DNA of 64,000 nt from Saccostrea echinata (Eukaryota): the NCBI RefSeq assembly GCF_033153115.1, contig NW_026889771.1, positions 682,001 to 746,000 on the forward strand, written 5' to 3'. A program made the position numbers and the translations under genes. Below the pieces are notes generated by a model. That model was not told the origin of the DNA. It saw nothing but the letters and a program-made list of their open reading frames with translations, and did not search any database. The number at the start of each line of letters is the position of its first letter. Position 1 is the first letter of the stretch. Shown here in pieces: positions 24,405 through 36,131 of the stretch.

Positions 24405-26092
24405 ACATATCAAATGCAAAGAATATGTTATTTATATAGAGGAAAATAATACAACATGATTTTTAATACGTTTATTATGATATGGGTGATTGTTGGTCGT
24501 GGCATCTTTAAAAGCAGCAAGGGGTCGCCAAGCATAAAGGGCGACCCCAAATTACAACAAGCAGCAGCAGCAGCAAACAACATGAAAGCATATACATATA
24601 CTATTAATAAGCATAAATATGGCCGTTCCGGGTATACCGCGAACGGTTATTAACTTTACAATGATATTTTATGTTTTTTTACATAAACTTTACATGTATG
24701 TAGAGTTATCGTTCCGGGTTAACCACGAACGTTACTCAACATAATTATTTTAGCAAGCAAAGCAATGCATGAATTTGTTGAAAGCAGTACACATTTTGCA
24801 CAGTAACTGAGTTTGTTTTAAGCAAGCAAAGCAGATCAGTTCATGAATTTGTTGAAAGCAGCACAAATTTTCAACGTAAATAAGTTTGTTTTAAGCAGCA
24901 GCAGCACAATGAATTATAGCATCAGTTGAATGGCTCGGCGCAAACGCCACATGGCCGAAACCTTTGGAAACCACAGGTTTCGGTCACCCCATAAAATGGG
25001 GAAGCCGCATTCAACTGACCCACGACCAACAGCCCTTAATATATCCTATTTACTGGGTAAAACTTTAATACCTAAATACTTACTCCTGACCCCCCCCCTT
25101 TTTTTTTAATTTAAAGATATTTAATACAGACAGATAATATGTGCCATTTCCTTATTGATGTTTTAATATGCAAGTTTTATGAGGAATTATACAGGAACAG
25201 ATTTTATATTAGATTATCCCTGGGTTATTTTACAGCAAATATATATTTTTATATATAAATTTAATGAATAACTAAGGTATTAAGATGCATTACATCTGGA
25301 GCAAACTATTGCCCTGTCATTATAAAATGGCTGGTTCTAGTACACCTCTCTCATCTCAACAGCAGAAAAAGTATCAATTTATTCAAGCTGATTTAAAGCA
25401 ACCTTGTTCTGGGGGAAAACCATGTTACTGATACTGAATTCATTGATACTGTTATCATTGGAAATCTTTGCTATCAAATAAATCATGTTATTGTATTTTG
25501 TAAAAGGTCAACTATTAGGGAATAGTCCCACTTATAGTGCTTACATACATATGTTTCAAACCCAATGTTTGTTTGTTTTTGTTTTTTTTTTTATCCCCAC
25601 AGTGAATCAAAATGAAATCTTGAAATTTTCAATACTTGGTATGCCAAATAAAAATCTTTCTTATTTAGGATTAAATGAATACTTAAAAGCAGAATAACCT
25701 TGTCACCATACTTGAATTCTATTTTTATAGGTTCTAACTCTATTCAAATTGCTTCTCCAACCAAAATAATCTTTATAAATGAGGAGCCTACACACTATAA
25801 ACTTGATCCTTCCAGTTACTGAACGACATGTACTAGGAATATACATGTAGAACTTGTAAAATTTAACTTCTAATGTGTCTTATAGACTCACAAGTCATAC
25901 AGAATGCCTTCACTACCTAGAAACAGGGCAGACATGGTCACTAATAAATGACTAATAAACACAGCAACCCCCTTCCCCTATCTTACTGGATTGCAAGAAC
26001 ATCTTACTTCATCCTACTTATAACAAATATGAATTATTGTGTAGACATTGCCAGACAGTGCATTATACCCACAATCCTCAAGGTATAGAGAC

Positions 26093-26467
26093 CAGGGCCA
26101 GAAAATAATTATTTTTGTTTACTGGTCACTCGGGCTATTGCCTTAATTTTTTACTGGTCATCTTAGTACTTTCATCGTCCCAATGGGCCAGTAGATTTTA
26201 AAAAGACTGAACAAGGACAAAACCATAATAATAAAAGTAATATTTTTTTTATATTGTGATACTTAAAAGTACAACTTAACAAAACAAGAAACAGTAGAAG
26301 TTGGGACACACAGCCCTGTCAAGTTAACTAGCCCTTCCGTGAATGAATTTTATTATGCATAAAAAAATGCTGACCCAAAGGGCACATGCCTTCTGCAATA
26401 TTGTACTAGCCCAGATTGAAAATCCACTGGCCCCAGACCAGCGGACCATCAATTATTTCGAGCCCTG
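26093..26467. mobile_element. hAT-family MITE nested in the LTR element
   Basis: TIRs CAGGGCCAGAAAATAATT / AATTATTTCGAGCCCTG; perfect 8-bp TSD ATAGAGAC (26085-26092 and 26468-26475). Confidence 0.9.
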
Positions 26468-28624
26468 ATAGAGACTAATATAATTATAACAAAATTTCCT
26501 CAATTTAGACAAAAATTGAAAATAATATGATGGGAGGAAGACACTCTCTGCTTAATAAAGGCTTAATCCATACCTTGAACAGGTTTGCAGTTAAAAAGTA
26601 CTGTTAAAATATAAGTGACGAAACCATGTGAACTTTTGTCATGCATTAAATCTTATAGCTGACAAACAAAATTTTGCTGTTGATTCTGCATGAATGACCT
26701 GTTAAAAGGGTAGGAACCTATACTTAACTGCTAACTTAACTGGAAATAATTTGACAAATACTTTAATTCCTAGTCCATAAACAGTAGTTTTGTATTTTTC
26801 AAAAATTATGCTTGTAACAGCTTAAGTGGCTAAAGATGTAGCTATTAGGTGAAATTCCAATGGGCTGGATTGAGAATGTTTCTGCCCCTGGGTCTTATAT
26901 ACCTGAGCCATTAACAATACTTACCAAAGAAAATTATCAATGTGAAATATCACTTTCAATTGGCAAACAGCTGGAGCTTATGAAATCAACTCGAAAAATT
27001 TCAAGTCCTTTGAATAATTGCCTTCTGGTTTCATCAATTAATTAGCTACTTGTAAAAAAGGAAACAAAAATTATGCCTTCAGTCTTACCTTCAAAATTCC
27101 CATGCTACCTGTACATGAATCAGTTTGAAGTTGTATTACTTATGTGTACTTGAATTGACCTACACTAGACCTTGAAATTTATAAATCTCACTGAATCTTT
27201 GAAGAAATACAGATACTCCCAATCCTGGTAATTCTACTGTCATGATGGGCTCAAAAGGAGCATTCCTTGCATAGTAGACTCTTCTATTGAAAACCCTATC
27301 CCCACAGAATTATTATTTCAACATGAGAGTCAGATACTAATTATCTTACAATAAAATTGTTTTTATTCCACAAATTTTGAATGAGTTGCTTATGTCCAAA
27401 GTTGCAGTAATATTTTAAACCCAAGCATGTGTTTTAGTCTTCTTATCTGTTGTAAATTGTTCCATGAACTTCTAAAGTCCTACTTTAAAAATGAAATTAC
27501 TATTTGAATGATTTTTAGTAAACCATTAAAATATGGCAAAAATTTTAACTGAAAACAATCACTGACAAACCTAATAAGTTAAATGTCTAAACAAGAAGAT
27601 AAAATCTCCAGTAAACACAAGTATTAAACCTGAATGAAATTTTTACCAACAGAACTTTGTTATTGGGCATGTAAATCACCTTTTGAAGCTTTATTTAAGC
27701 AATTTTGTCAGAAGCAGAGAATTGGAGTATTGATGAATATACATATTCAAATGGTTTACATTTCTGGGTCACACAGAACACCCCAGACTTTTAATACTAC
27801 CCACACCTAAAAAAATAAAATTTGTCAATCAGCTGGTCATAGCAAAATAGCAAAGATATGTTCATGAACATGAAGCCTTGCTCTATTTGATCAATGATTT
27901 GTCAGTTTCCTTAATTAACAAATCTATCTCCCTAATTTCCCCAACCCCCAAATAAATTGGAAAATTCTTATTTACTAGTGTAGTGTAAATAGGTGGAGTG
28001 CAAGTGCAAGACTTAAGAGTACAAATAATTAGGTGAATCAATATGGGGCATAACCTAGGTCCTTAAAATGCTCAAGTAAAATACCCTTGCCCTTGGTTCA
28101 GATTACACAGTGTTAAATTTATTGTATGACATACACTAAGGAAAATTCATTAGCTCTCAATGAACTACCTTTGATAGGAATTGAATTTGATAATGCTTAC
28201 TAAGTATGCGTAGGAACAAAGGGGCAACTAGACACTTAAGAAGCTCTTAATATAATTTTCAGTTTACATTTGAGGTTAAAATATGCAAGAAATAAAGCAT
28301 TGGCTTTGTCCGGTTGGTTGATTGTGTGTTGTTTAATGTGGAAGACAATATTTAAGACCTGAACACAAGTCATAAATTTATGCATGAATAACACATAACC
28401 TAATTTATGGTAAAAATTATCCCTTAGGCTACAATATTGGTTTTTCCATACTTTGCTTCCACCCCACCCCCCCCACCCCCCTTTCAACATTTTTAGTTGC
28501 TCTAATCTGAGAAAATATTTTTATTTTGAAATTCCCTTGTGTAAACTAAGAATATTCAATTTTATTAATGCTGTGAAACATGACAAACGATCATCAGGCC
28601 TATAATGTTTTGATGCATCTAACC

Positions 28625-28784
28625 NNNNNNNNNNNNNNNNNNNNNNNNNNNNNNNNNNNNNNNNNNNNNNNNNNNNNNNNNNNNNNNNNNNNNNNNNNNN
28701 NNNNNNNNNNNNNNNNNNNNNNNNNNNNNNNNNNNNNNNNNNNNNNNNNNNNNNNNNNNNNNNNNNNNNNNNNNNNNNNNNNNN
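28625..28784. other. Assembly gap (N run)
   Basis: Run of n. Confidence 1.
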
Positions 28785-29820
28785 AAATGTGAAAACACGA
28801 ATTCATAAATATTCCTGAAATATGTTTGCATGTAAAACAACAAAGTTTCAATAAAGAGCACGTCACATGCTAACAAGGGAACTTTTCAATCCAAGCCAAT
28901 CGTGCATTACCCCGTAAAAGAATAATCCATCGATGCGTTTAATCATCAAATCTGATATTTATCGATGATATTTTATGAAATTATTCTAGAAAAACTGTGA
29001 TTGAAAGTATATATATTTTTTAAAATTCTGTCTGCTACAAAATCCGTGTACCTTTCGTTTTTGGATCCAGGGCAAAGAGGAGGAATTTGAGATATTCCGA
29101 TCCCGTTCTAATTATTTTCTAGCTAACCCAACACAAATAGCATAAACTAAGTTTTCCTCACAAAATAAGCGCATCTCTTCTTTAAATTAATAGATGCTAT
29201 TATCGCAGATGGCTTGTCAAGAATATCATTAAAATTCTAAGTTTTTACATTGATGTACATATATTTCATTTTGACAATTTAAGTTTTCATTGACATTCAA
29301 ACTTTTTTAAGGGGGAAGGTGTTGTGAGGTGTGTTGTAATTGAAATATGGTGACCTCGCCTCAATGTAAATTTGAAATTCAGTAATCATGCATCTTTTAT
29401 CTTTTATGAAATATAAAATTTTAGCAATATGGATGAATTATCAGATCTAATCCAATTAGAACTATGTTTTATAATATTGCTGAGTCTGACAGATCAGATT
29501 CTTATACAATGTGCTCCGAGGCAGAAGATCCTGTTTGATGCAATATTCTGTGGCAACTACAGGCATGTTGCAATTTTAAATTGCATGTTTTCATTGTGTT
29601 TCATTTTCTTTCAGGAAAATAAGAAGAAGAAGAATTGTAAATGGGTACAGGTAATAAATGATAATTACCATTTATGTATATGAATGAAATTACAGCTCTC
29701 AGTTGATGGAATGGTCACTGTATGATCACTCAAAAGTCATTGAAAGGTCACTTAGAGCAGTCTTCTGTCGGTTATTCTGTGACCATACCGTCGGCTGAAT
29801 GGCTTTCTGTTTTCTTTCAG

Positions 29821-30810
29821 TCGTTTCTTCTTACTTTATAACCGTCACGGTAGCTCAGTCGGTAGAGCACTCGCTCCAATATAGCTACTGAGAGAAAAAA
29901 AAAACATTTTTAAAGAAACAGAAGGAATCCTATTGTTCAGTTTTTAATTATTTTGTTAAGGTATTCAGTGTATAATGAAGGGATTTTGAACAATTTTGAA
30001 TCATTTTAAACTAATTAAAATTGCATTGCTAGATAACGATGAAAGTGAAATGAACCAAATTCACACGACTGATAACATATAAGAGGCTGGTCATTTTGCA
30101 CTTTTTAAGTTTTTGAAGAGTTATCTGCCCTTGATGCAAAGAAGAAAATTTTAATTTCGTCAAAATATTTGTGGTAAATGATTAATTTTATTTCATATTT
30201 TAATAATGAGAGTGTTTATGCATATTTTCACCAAGAGCTTTTTATGAAATTCAAAATACTTTTTACAATATCTTAATAATATGTGCATTGCCCATAGACT
30301 TCAATGTAAAATTCAAGGTGCAATTAATTTGACAATAATCAAAATTTTTAAAATTTCTTTGGTGGAGTACTTTTATTTCACAACACCATCAAAATGATAT
30401 CATAACTACAAACATAGGACCGTTCATTTATTAGATACAAAATATGGTCGTTATACATTGAATACCTTAAATAATGTATTGACTACATATAAAGTATACT
30501 GACTGTGATATATATGCATTGTATTATTTGTAAGATTGATCAATAAAAGATTTTTAAAAAAGTGCTTGCTCCATGATCGGAAGGTCATTGGTTTGAACCC
30601 CGGCCGCGGCTGACCTAATGAGACCTTAGAAACCGAGGTCCCGTGTCACGGCAGTCATTGGCACGATAAAGAACCCTCACTGCTCAATGACCCTGAGTGC
30701 CGAGTAAAGTTCTATATTTGAAGTCCTTTACCGGTATATGGTGACGTCTCTATATGAATACCAAAATTCTCGAACGGGACGTAAAACAGCATACAATCAA
30801 TCAATCAATC
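29821..30810 (+). mobile_element. tRNA-derived Meta-type SINE split by a nested insertion
   Basis: Head GGTAGCTCAGTCGGTAGAGC at ~29829; body resumes at ~30561 with B-box, CCGAGGTCCCGTGTC...GGCACGATAAAGAACCC core and (CAAT)n tail. Confidence 0.8.
29960..30466. mobile_element. MITE with TTAA target duplication (Kolobok-like)
   Basis: TTAA|GGTATTCAGTGTATAA ... TTATACATTGAATACC|TTAA. Confidence 0.85.
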
Positions 30811-31057
30811 TTACTTTATAAACTGATTTATTACTATCTTTTTTCACTTTCCAGCTATTAGGCATTATAGTATAATACATTGTATATCTCTATTCATATA
30901 AAACAAAAATGTATTTGGATACAAATGGGAAAAAAAATGCAACGCTTGTAAAAATTGGTCTCTCTGTCTTCCAGCTTTATGGGCAGGTAGCATTTACTTA
31001 ATTTCTCTTTAATTCATAATTAACAAACGTTCGATTCATAATTAAGAAATGTTCGAG

Positions 31058-31153
31058 TTGCCCGCGTGGCGCAGTGGTTAGGGCGTCTGCTCTAAAGTCG
31101 CGGAGTAAGGAGTTGATCCTCACGCCGCGGGTTCGAATCCCACTGCGGGACGT
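31058..31153 (+). mobile_element. tRNA-derived SINE head (truncated)
   Basis: A box TGGCGCAGTGG and B box GGTTCGAATCC; same head as the SINEs at 38343 and 17047. Confidence 0.8.
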
Positions 31154-32164
31154 TTAAACAAGTTTAAAAACTTAACAAGATGGTCACTTGCGCGAGTAAC
31201 CAAAACCAAAATCGCGCAGTCGGTTTCTTTCAGCTGTTAGGGGAATGTAACGATTATGATCGCCTACTGTATTAATAGTTTCAGTGGTAATAACGTGGCG
31301 ATTACAGGGTGGCAGGATAAATAGCCCCATCTTAATGTGGCGTTGTTACCGTCATGATTGCAATTGGTTGGAAACCATTCTAGTTTCTCTCTGACGACGG
31401 ATAAGACGTTCTATGGTGGAAAATAACAAAAAACTACACAGCAACTTGTTGTTGCCTTAACCTTCATTTAGACAATGCAATATCCAGACCCAATGGAACT
31501 TTCCTCAGCCATACCATGATTGCAATAAATTCATATTGACTGTAAATATCGAAAAACGAATGTATACCTCCAGTGCATCAAATCGTACTACAAGGTGTGT
31601 TGACAAATCTGTTATCATCAATATGCACGTGGTTTTTTTTTTTTTTTTGCTTTCTACCACTTTCTCACTTTCACTTGTCGTCATATATTTCAAAGTTGAA
31701 TAATTTTAAACAAAAATTTTAATGCACAGTAACCAGGATAAACCTCTGACTAGTTTTCATGAATTTTGGCAAAGCAGTCAAAATATTTTGCATATTATGT
31801 TACCTTGCGTTTTGTTTTCCTTTCAGAATGTAATGTCAACTTATTAAAAGGTGCATGTCAAATGAGTCATGCTATGTGTCTGCATTTAAATCCATGTAAT
31901 TTGTATGTTGACATAATTTTGTTTCATGTTACCATAAATATCTATGACTTTGTATGAGCAGTTTCTAAAACGAGACAATCTACTGACAAATAAGTTGATG
32001 ATCCAAGAAAATCAAAAATCTCGTTTAAATAGTCATCATTTCGCAAATTCTACGGTCTATACAACGCCCATGTTAGCAAGTAAAACGTTTACTTATATCT
32101 TGCACAGATGTCAAATTTAAATGCATTTTGTTCAATTTAAAAGAATTATGAATTTTTATGCAAC

Positions 32165-33440
32165 ATGAAATATATGGAGATAACGAACAGTATTCAAGCT
32201 CAAAAGTCCATTAATCAGTACAAAATAGGAGCAGAGCAAACACGGACCTCCAAACATCAGAGGTGGGATCAGGTGCCATGGAGGAGTGAGCATCCCCTGC
32301 CGACCGGTCACACCCGCCGTGTGCTCCTTCTGTTCATGATCGGGAAATAACGGAAAAATCCGTCGACAATTCAGTGTGTAAATAATGGCCTAACAATTAG
32401 TGTGAAAAACGTCAGTCAGCATTTGACTTAATGATAAATTGTATTTGCTGACAAGGTCATTGTATCGACCATAGAACTTACGAAATGGTGACTTTAAACG
32501 AGACAGCTGATATACTTGTTTCATCAACTTATTTGTCAATAATTTACCTCGTTTTAGAAATTGTACATACGTAGAGCATGCTCTTGAGTATCGAATCAAC
32601 TGAGAGATATATACCCCGTATGCAGGTGATGAAGGTATATTGCTGCATAAGTAAGGGAAGTTGACGATTGAAAAGTTAAAGTCATCACGTTTATCATAAA
32701 GCTTGATTGTTAGATTACCATTAACGTCTTTTTCAAGTAAAATATCCAAATATGAAACAGATATGTCAGACTCTGTGGTATCTTTTATCTCAAGTTCACA
32801 AGGATATATCGTATCGACATAAGAATGGAAATAGCCATTGTTAATTGACAATGCGTCATCGATATATCTAAATGTCGAGTTGAAGGCCACAGCAAGTGTT
32901 TTCTTCTTTTCACGTACAAGATTTTGGACAAATTCTGCTTCATATGAATACAAAAAAAGGTCTGCTAATAACGGGGCGCAATTGGTACCCATGGGAATTC
33001 CAATAGATTGTTGGAAGACCTGGTCTCCAAAAACCACATAGATATTGTCAATCAGAAACTCAAGCATCTTTTTAATGTCAACTTCAGAGTACTTGTGTGA
33101 ACAATCAGAATGTTTTTTAACAAAATAATTTTGCAAATGACCAATGACAAGGTAAGTATATTTACGAGTTCCATTTTTATTGAAAAAGCAGCTGTCAATG
33201 ATATCAAAAAGCCTGGACTTTAATTTATCGTGGGGAATGGTTGTGTACAAAGTTGAAAAGTCGTAAGTTTTTAAGCTGTTGATTTTGGTAAAATCTTGTG
33301 ATTTCAAATTTTCCAAAAGTTCCTTGGAATTTTTAAGTATCCACATCTGATTTACACCACTTCTCGAATATATTGTTGCACAGTACTTTTGAAGTTTCTC
33401 CTTCACCACTGTTAATATCTTAGTGAGTAAAAGTTTATTG
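32165..33440 (-). mobile_element. 5'-truncated Penelope-like retroelement with uninterrupted RT frame (ORF 33478-32390)
   Basis: RT motifs TYDFSTLYTTIPH, QQSIGIPMGTNCAPLLADLFLY, FRYIDD, KLYDKRDDFNFSIVNFP. The ORF ends after the thumb with no C-terminal GIY-YIG. The first ~15 aa come from flanking DNA. Confidence 0.93.
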
Positions 33441-33699
33441 CATGTTTTATAATTAAAGCGCATATCTACGTAATCCATACAAAAGGGAGGGTGCAGAAAT
33501 GAGCAAGCGATAAAAGCACGTTTTTTAAAATTGTTTCTGCCTTTTCAATATGGTGGCTTATTGAAAACATTAAAATGTCACAAATCATTTTATTAAACTA
33601 TATAATAATATTAACAAGAATTTTTCGTGTCACTAGGCTTGAACATAAATCACGTTGGCTCCACTTTTCTTCTTCAGATTTTCTACTTTCCTTATTCCC

Positions 33700-34360
33700 A
33701 TGAAAAAATATCTGACCCAACAGTAATGTACCTGACTAATTACAATGGGTTTTATAATGATCAAACTAAACTTAAATTCACACAGCATGAGGATGTTTTA
33801 ATAAAATTATGGTTAATATGGATGACCTTGCTGCTCTCAGGAGGAAGAATTTAAAAAAAAATCCTGTATACATGCATTATGTAAAATCCGATCCCTGATT
33901 TTGGCCCAGTCATAACCCAAAGTCCATATTTTAAAAAGAAAAATAAATTTACACAAAAAAACCTGTTTGCACATTGATAACAGACTCGTGATACTCTGAA
34001 AAAGATTTTTCTAATTTCCTATATATTCACATGTAAAAATCTGATCCCCTGACATGACTGTACCCTACCCTTAAGGATTATGATTAAAAAAAACTTAAAT
34101 AAGTACACTGAGGATGTTCGCACATTAGTATGACTTATTATGACCCTACTGTTCTTCAATTGAAGCATTTTTTAAGATTTATTTTCTCTGTATACTGCTT
34201 TCCCTCTTTACTGAAGGATGCTTTGTGGCGAGTTAAGTTGAAATCTGTTCTGGAGAAGAATTTTAAAATGCGAAACGTTAACAGACGGACAGATAGGAAG
34301 ACAATATACGCCAGGTGATTGAAAAATAAGACTTGAACCTTCAATTCCGGTGAGCTAAAA
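33700..34360. repeat. Helentron-associated element with satellite-like monomers
   Basis: Repeated ...TACAC...TGAGGATG... monomers, then (GACA/GACG) microsatellite and the terminal motif AAGACTTGAACCTTCAATTCCGGTGAGCTAAAA. Confidence 0.65.
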
Positions 34361-35204
34361 GTTTTCTTTGAAATTTATTTCGATTTAACCAACTCTTAAT
34401 ATAAACAATACAAAACCAACACATGTTACCATTCATGATTTGAGGACTAAATTACACACAAAAAACTTACCATAAATTTACTCGAGTAGTTGAATTTAGA
34501 ACCCTTTATCAAAAATGATAAAACAGCATATTTTGTATAATTTTGTTCTTTAATAAGGTATATTTAAAGATGATAAAAGAAGATGACAAATGTAGTAAAA
34601 GAAAAAATTTATTTTTCTTTTGAAGCAAATTCCAAATTTTTCTGAAGCTGTTTGAGGTAAAAATAAGTATGTTTTACGTGAAGCAAGTGGTAAATATTAC
34701 AAAAACAAGCCATACAACTACCACTTAAAAACTAAATGCAGAATTTTGCAACAAAATCTCATAGGAAAAACTTTGAGTATTTTTTTTATTTTTATTTTTA
34801 ATGTTTCTGTTTTTATTTTGTTTTCTTCTGTTCTTTTTTAAAAATCCTTTTTTTGGTTTCTGTCCGTTTTTTTTTTTTTGCTTTGTTTTTTTCAGTTTTT
34901 GTTGTTTTTTTTTTGTTTGTATGTTGTGGTGTGGTGTGGTTTTTAATTTTTTTAAAAAATTATTTTTTTACCTAGCATTTAATTCAACGTGAGGAATGGT
35001 TGTATAAAATGTAGAGAAGTTAAACGTGTCAATAATTTATAAACTAAAAACGACTGAATAAATGACAATAGATTTGCAAAGGTGGGGTTTGAAAATATAC
35101 TTGATACTTGCATTAATTGAAAATACACATTACCAAATTATAATAGCTTTACATGAACGCAACAATGTAATCTCCACTTCACTTCCCAAAATACTATACT
35201 GAGA

Positions 35205-36131
35205 TTAACCATCCGAACTATCTATTTGATCTGAAGAAACATATTGAGATATAGTTTTAATGGAATACGTACACATATTTTCCCTTACTTTTCTTACATA
35301 TGAATCTAGAAAGGATTTATTCCAGAAGCACAATAAAATCATGAACTGTAGACGACATTCGGTGAACAAAATACAGTTCAATACAGGATTGATTAAAGAA
35401 GTCAAAAATGTCACTCTGGCGAAAACTTTCTTCCAGGCATGTAGAACAGGTGTAGGACTGTTAGACACTGTATGTATTAACTGTATAATCATGTATGGAG
35501 CCGTAACGCATACAAAACACCCAGTGTAAAGAGAAACCTTTCGAATGCACTTAGTGTTGATTTTGCCGACAGTAGCAGTTACTCCAAAATTAATTACATA
35601 ATAGTACTCAAACAGATTTATCAAAATGAGAATTGAAAAGGATATTGAAGTCCAATGAAATGAATGACGATCGTTCAGATCTTGTCGATGACAACTAATT
35701 TCTGGGATTGACGTTATTACGCCAAAGGACCAAGAAGCCAAGCAGACGATAAGCACATTCCTCCGAGTCACTATTTTTGAATACTTGAATGGGTAGCACA
35801 AGGAAAGAAAACGATCTGTATTCATAAAAGTTATCATTAATGTTGATACTTGATACAGCGATAATAAGGAGTACCTCTTCGTTATACAAAAATTGTCGAA
35901 AATTTTCACAACATCAGGTGTACAAAGACTTATCCCAATAAGTGTGTCAGATATGGCCATGTTGATGGCTGGAAGCCGTACACTGAACATCATGTTTCTA
36001 CTACGATAGAGAACCAAGATTGCAAAGACGTTCAACACAGCAGATGGAAATCCCTAGAAAACTTGCAAGAAGTTTGCTATTTGATTTCCTTCATTTGTCC
36101 CTAAAACATTAATGCTTGTAATATTTTCCAT
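35205..36131 (-). pseudogene. Inverted paralogue of the 14442 GPCR with nonsense codon (L26*) and NPxxY->NPxxN
   Basis: Same 927-nt length and ~30 aa differences by manual alignment. TTG->TAG at 36056-36054 splits it into ORFs 36054-36248 and 35205-36038. Upstream flanks are also homologous for ~450 bp. Confidence 0.88.

Larger units (their letters stand above)
23904..29349 (+). mobile_element. LTR retrotransposon (Gypsy-like), decayed or non-autonomous; 5' LTR 23904-24383, truncated 3' LTR 29320-29349
   Basis: LTR TGTTG...TAACA with internal TATA and AATAAA. PBS TGGGGGCTCGTCCAGGA (24388-24404) is complementary to the tRNA-Pro 3' end. Polypurine tract AAGGGGGAAGG (29309-29319) is followed by TGTTGTGAGGTGTGTTGTAATTGAAATATG, matching the 5' LTR start. 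No long internal ORF. Confidence 0.85.

Noticed and set aside
31058-31153. tRNA gene
   Set aside because: Has A/B boxes but no canonical cloverleaf or anticodon arm, and the same head precedes SINE bodies at 38343, 39270 and 17047. It is a SINE head.
34801-34992. Hydrophobic 63-aa 'membrane peptide' ORF (also 16439-16661)
   Set aside because: Translation of T-rich low-complexity tracts.
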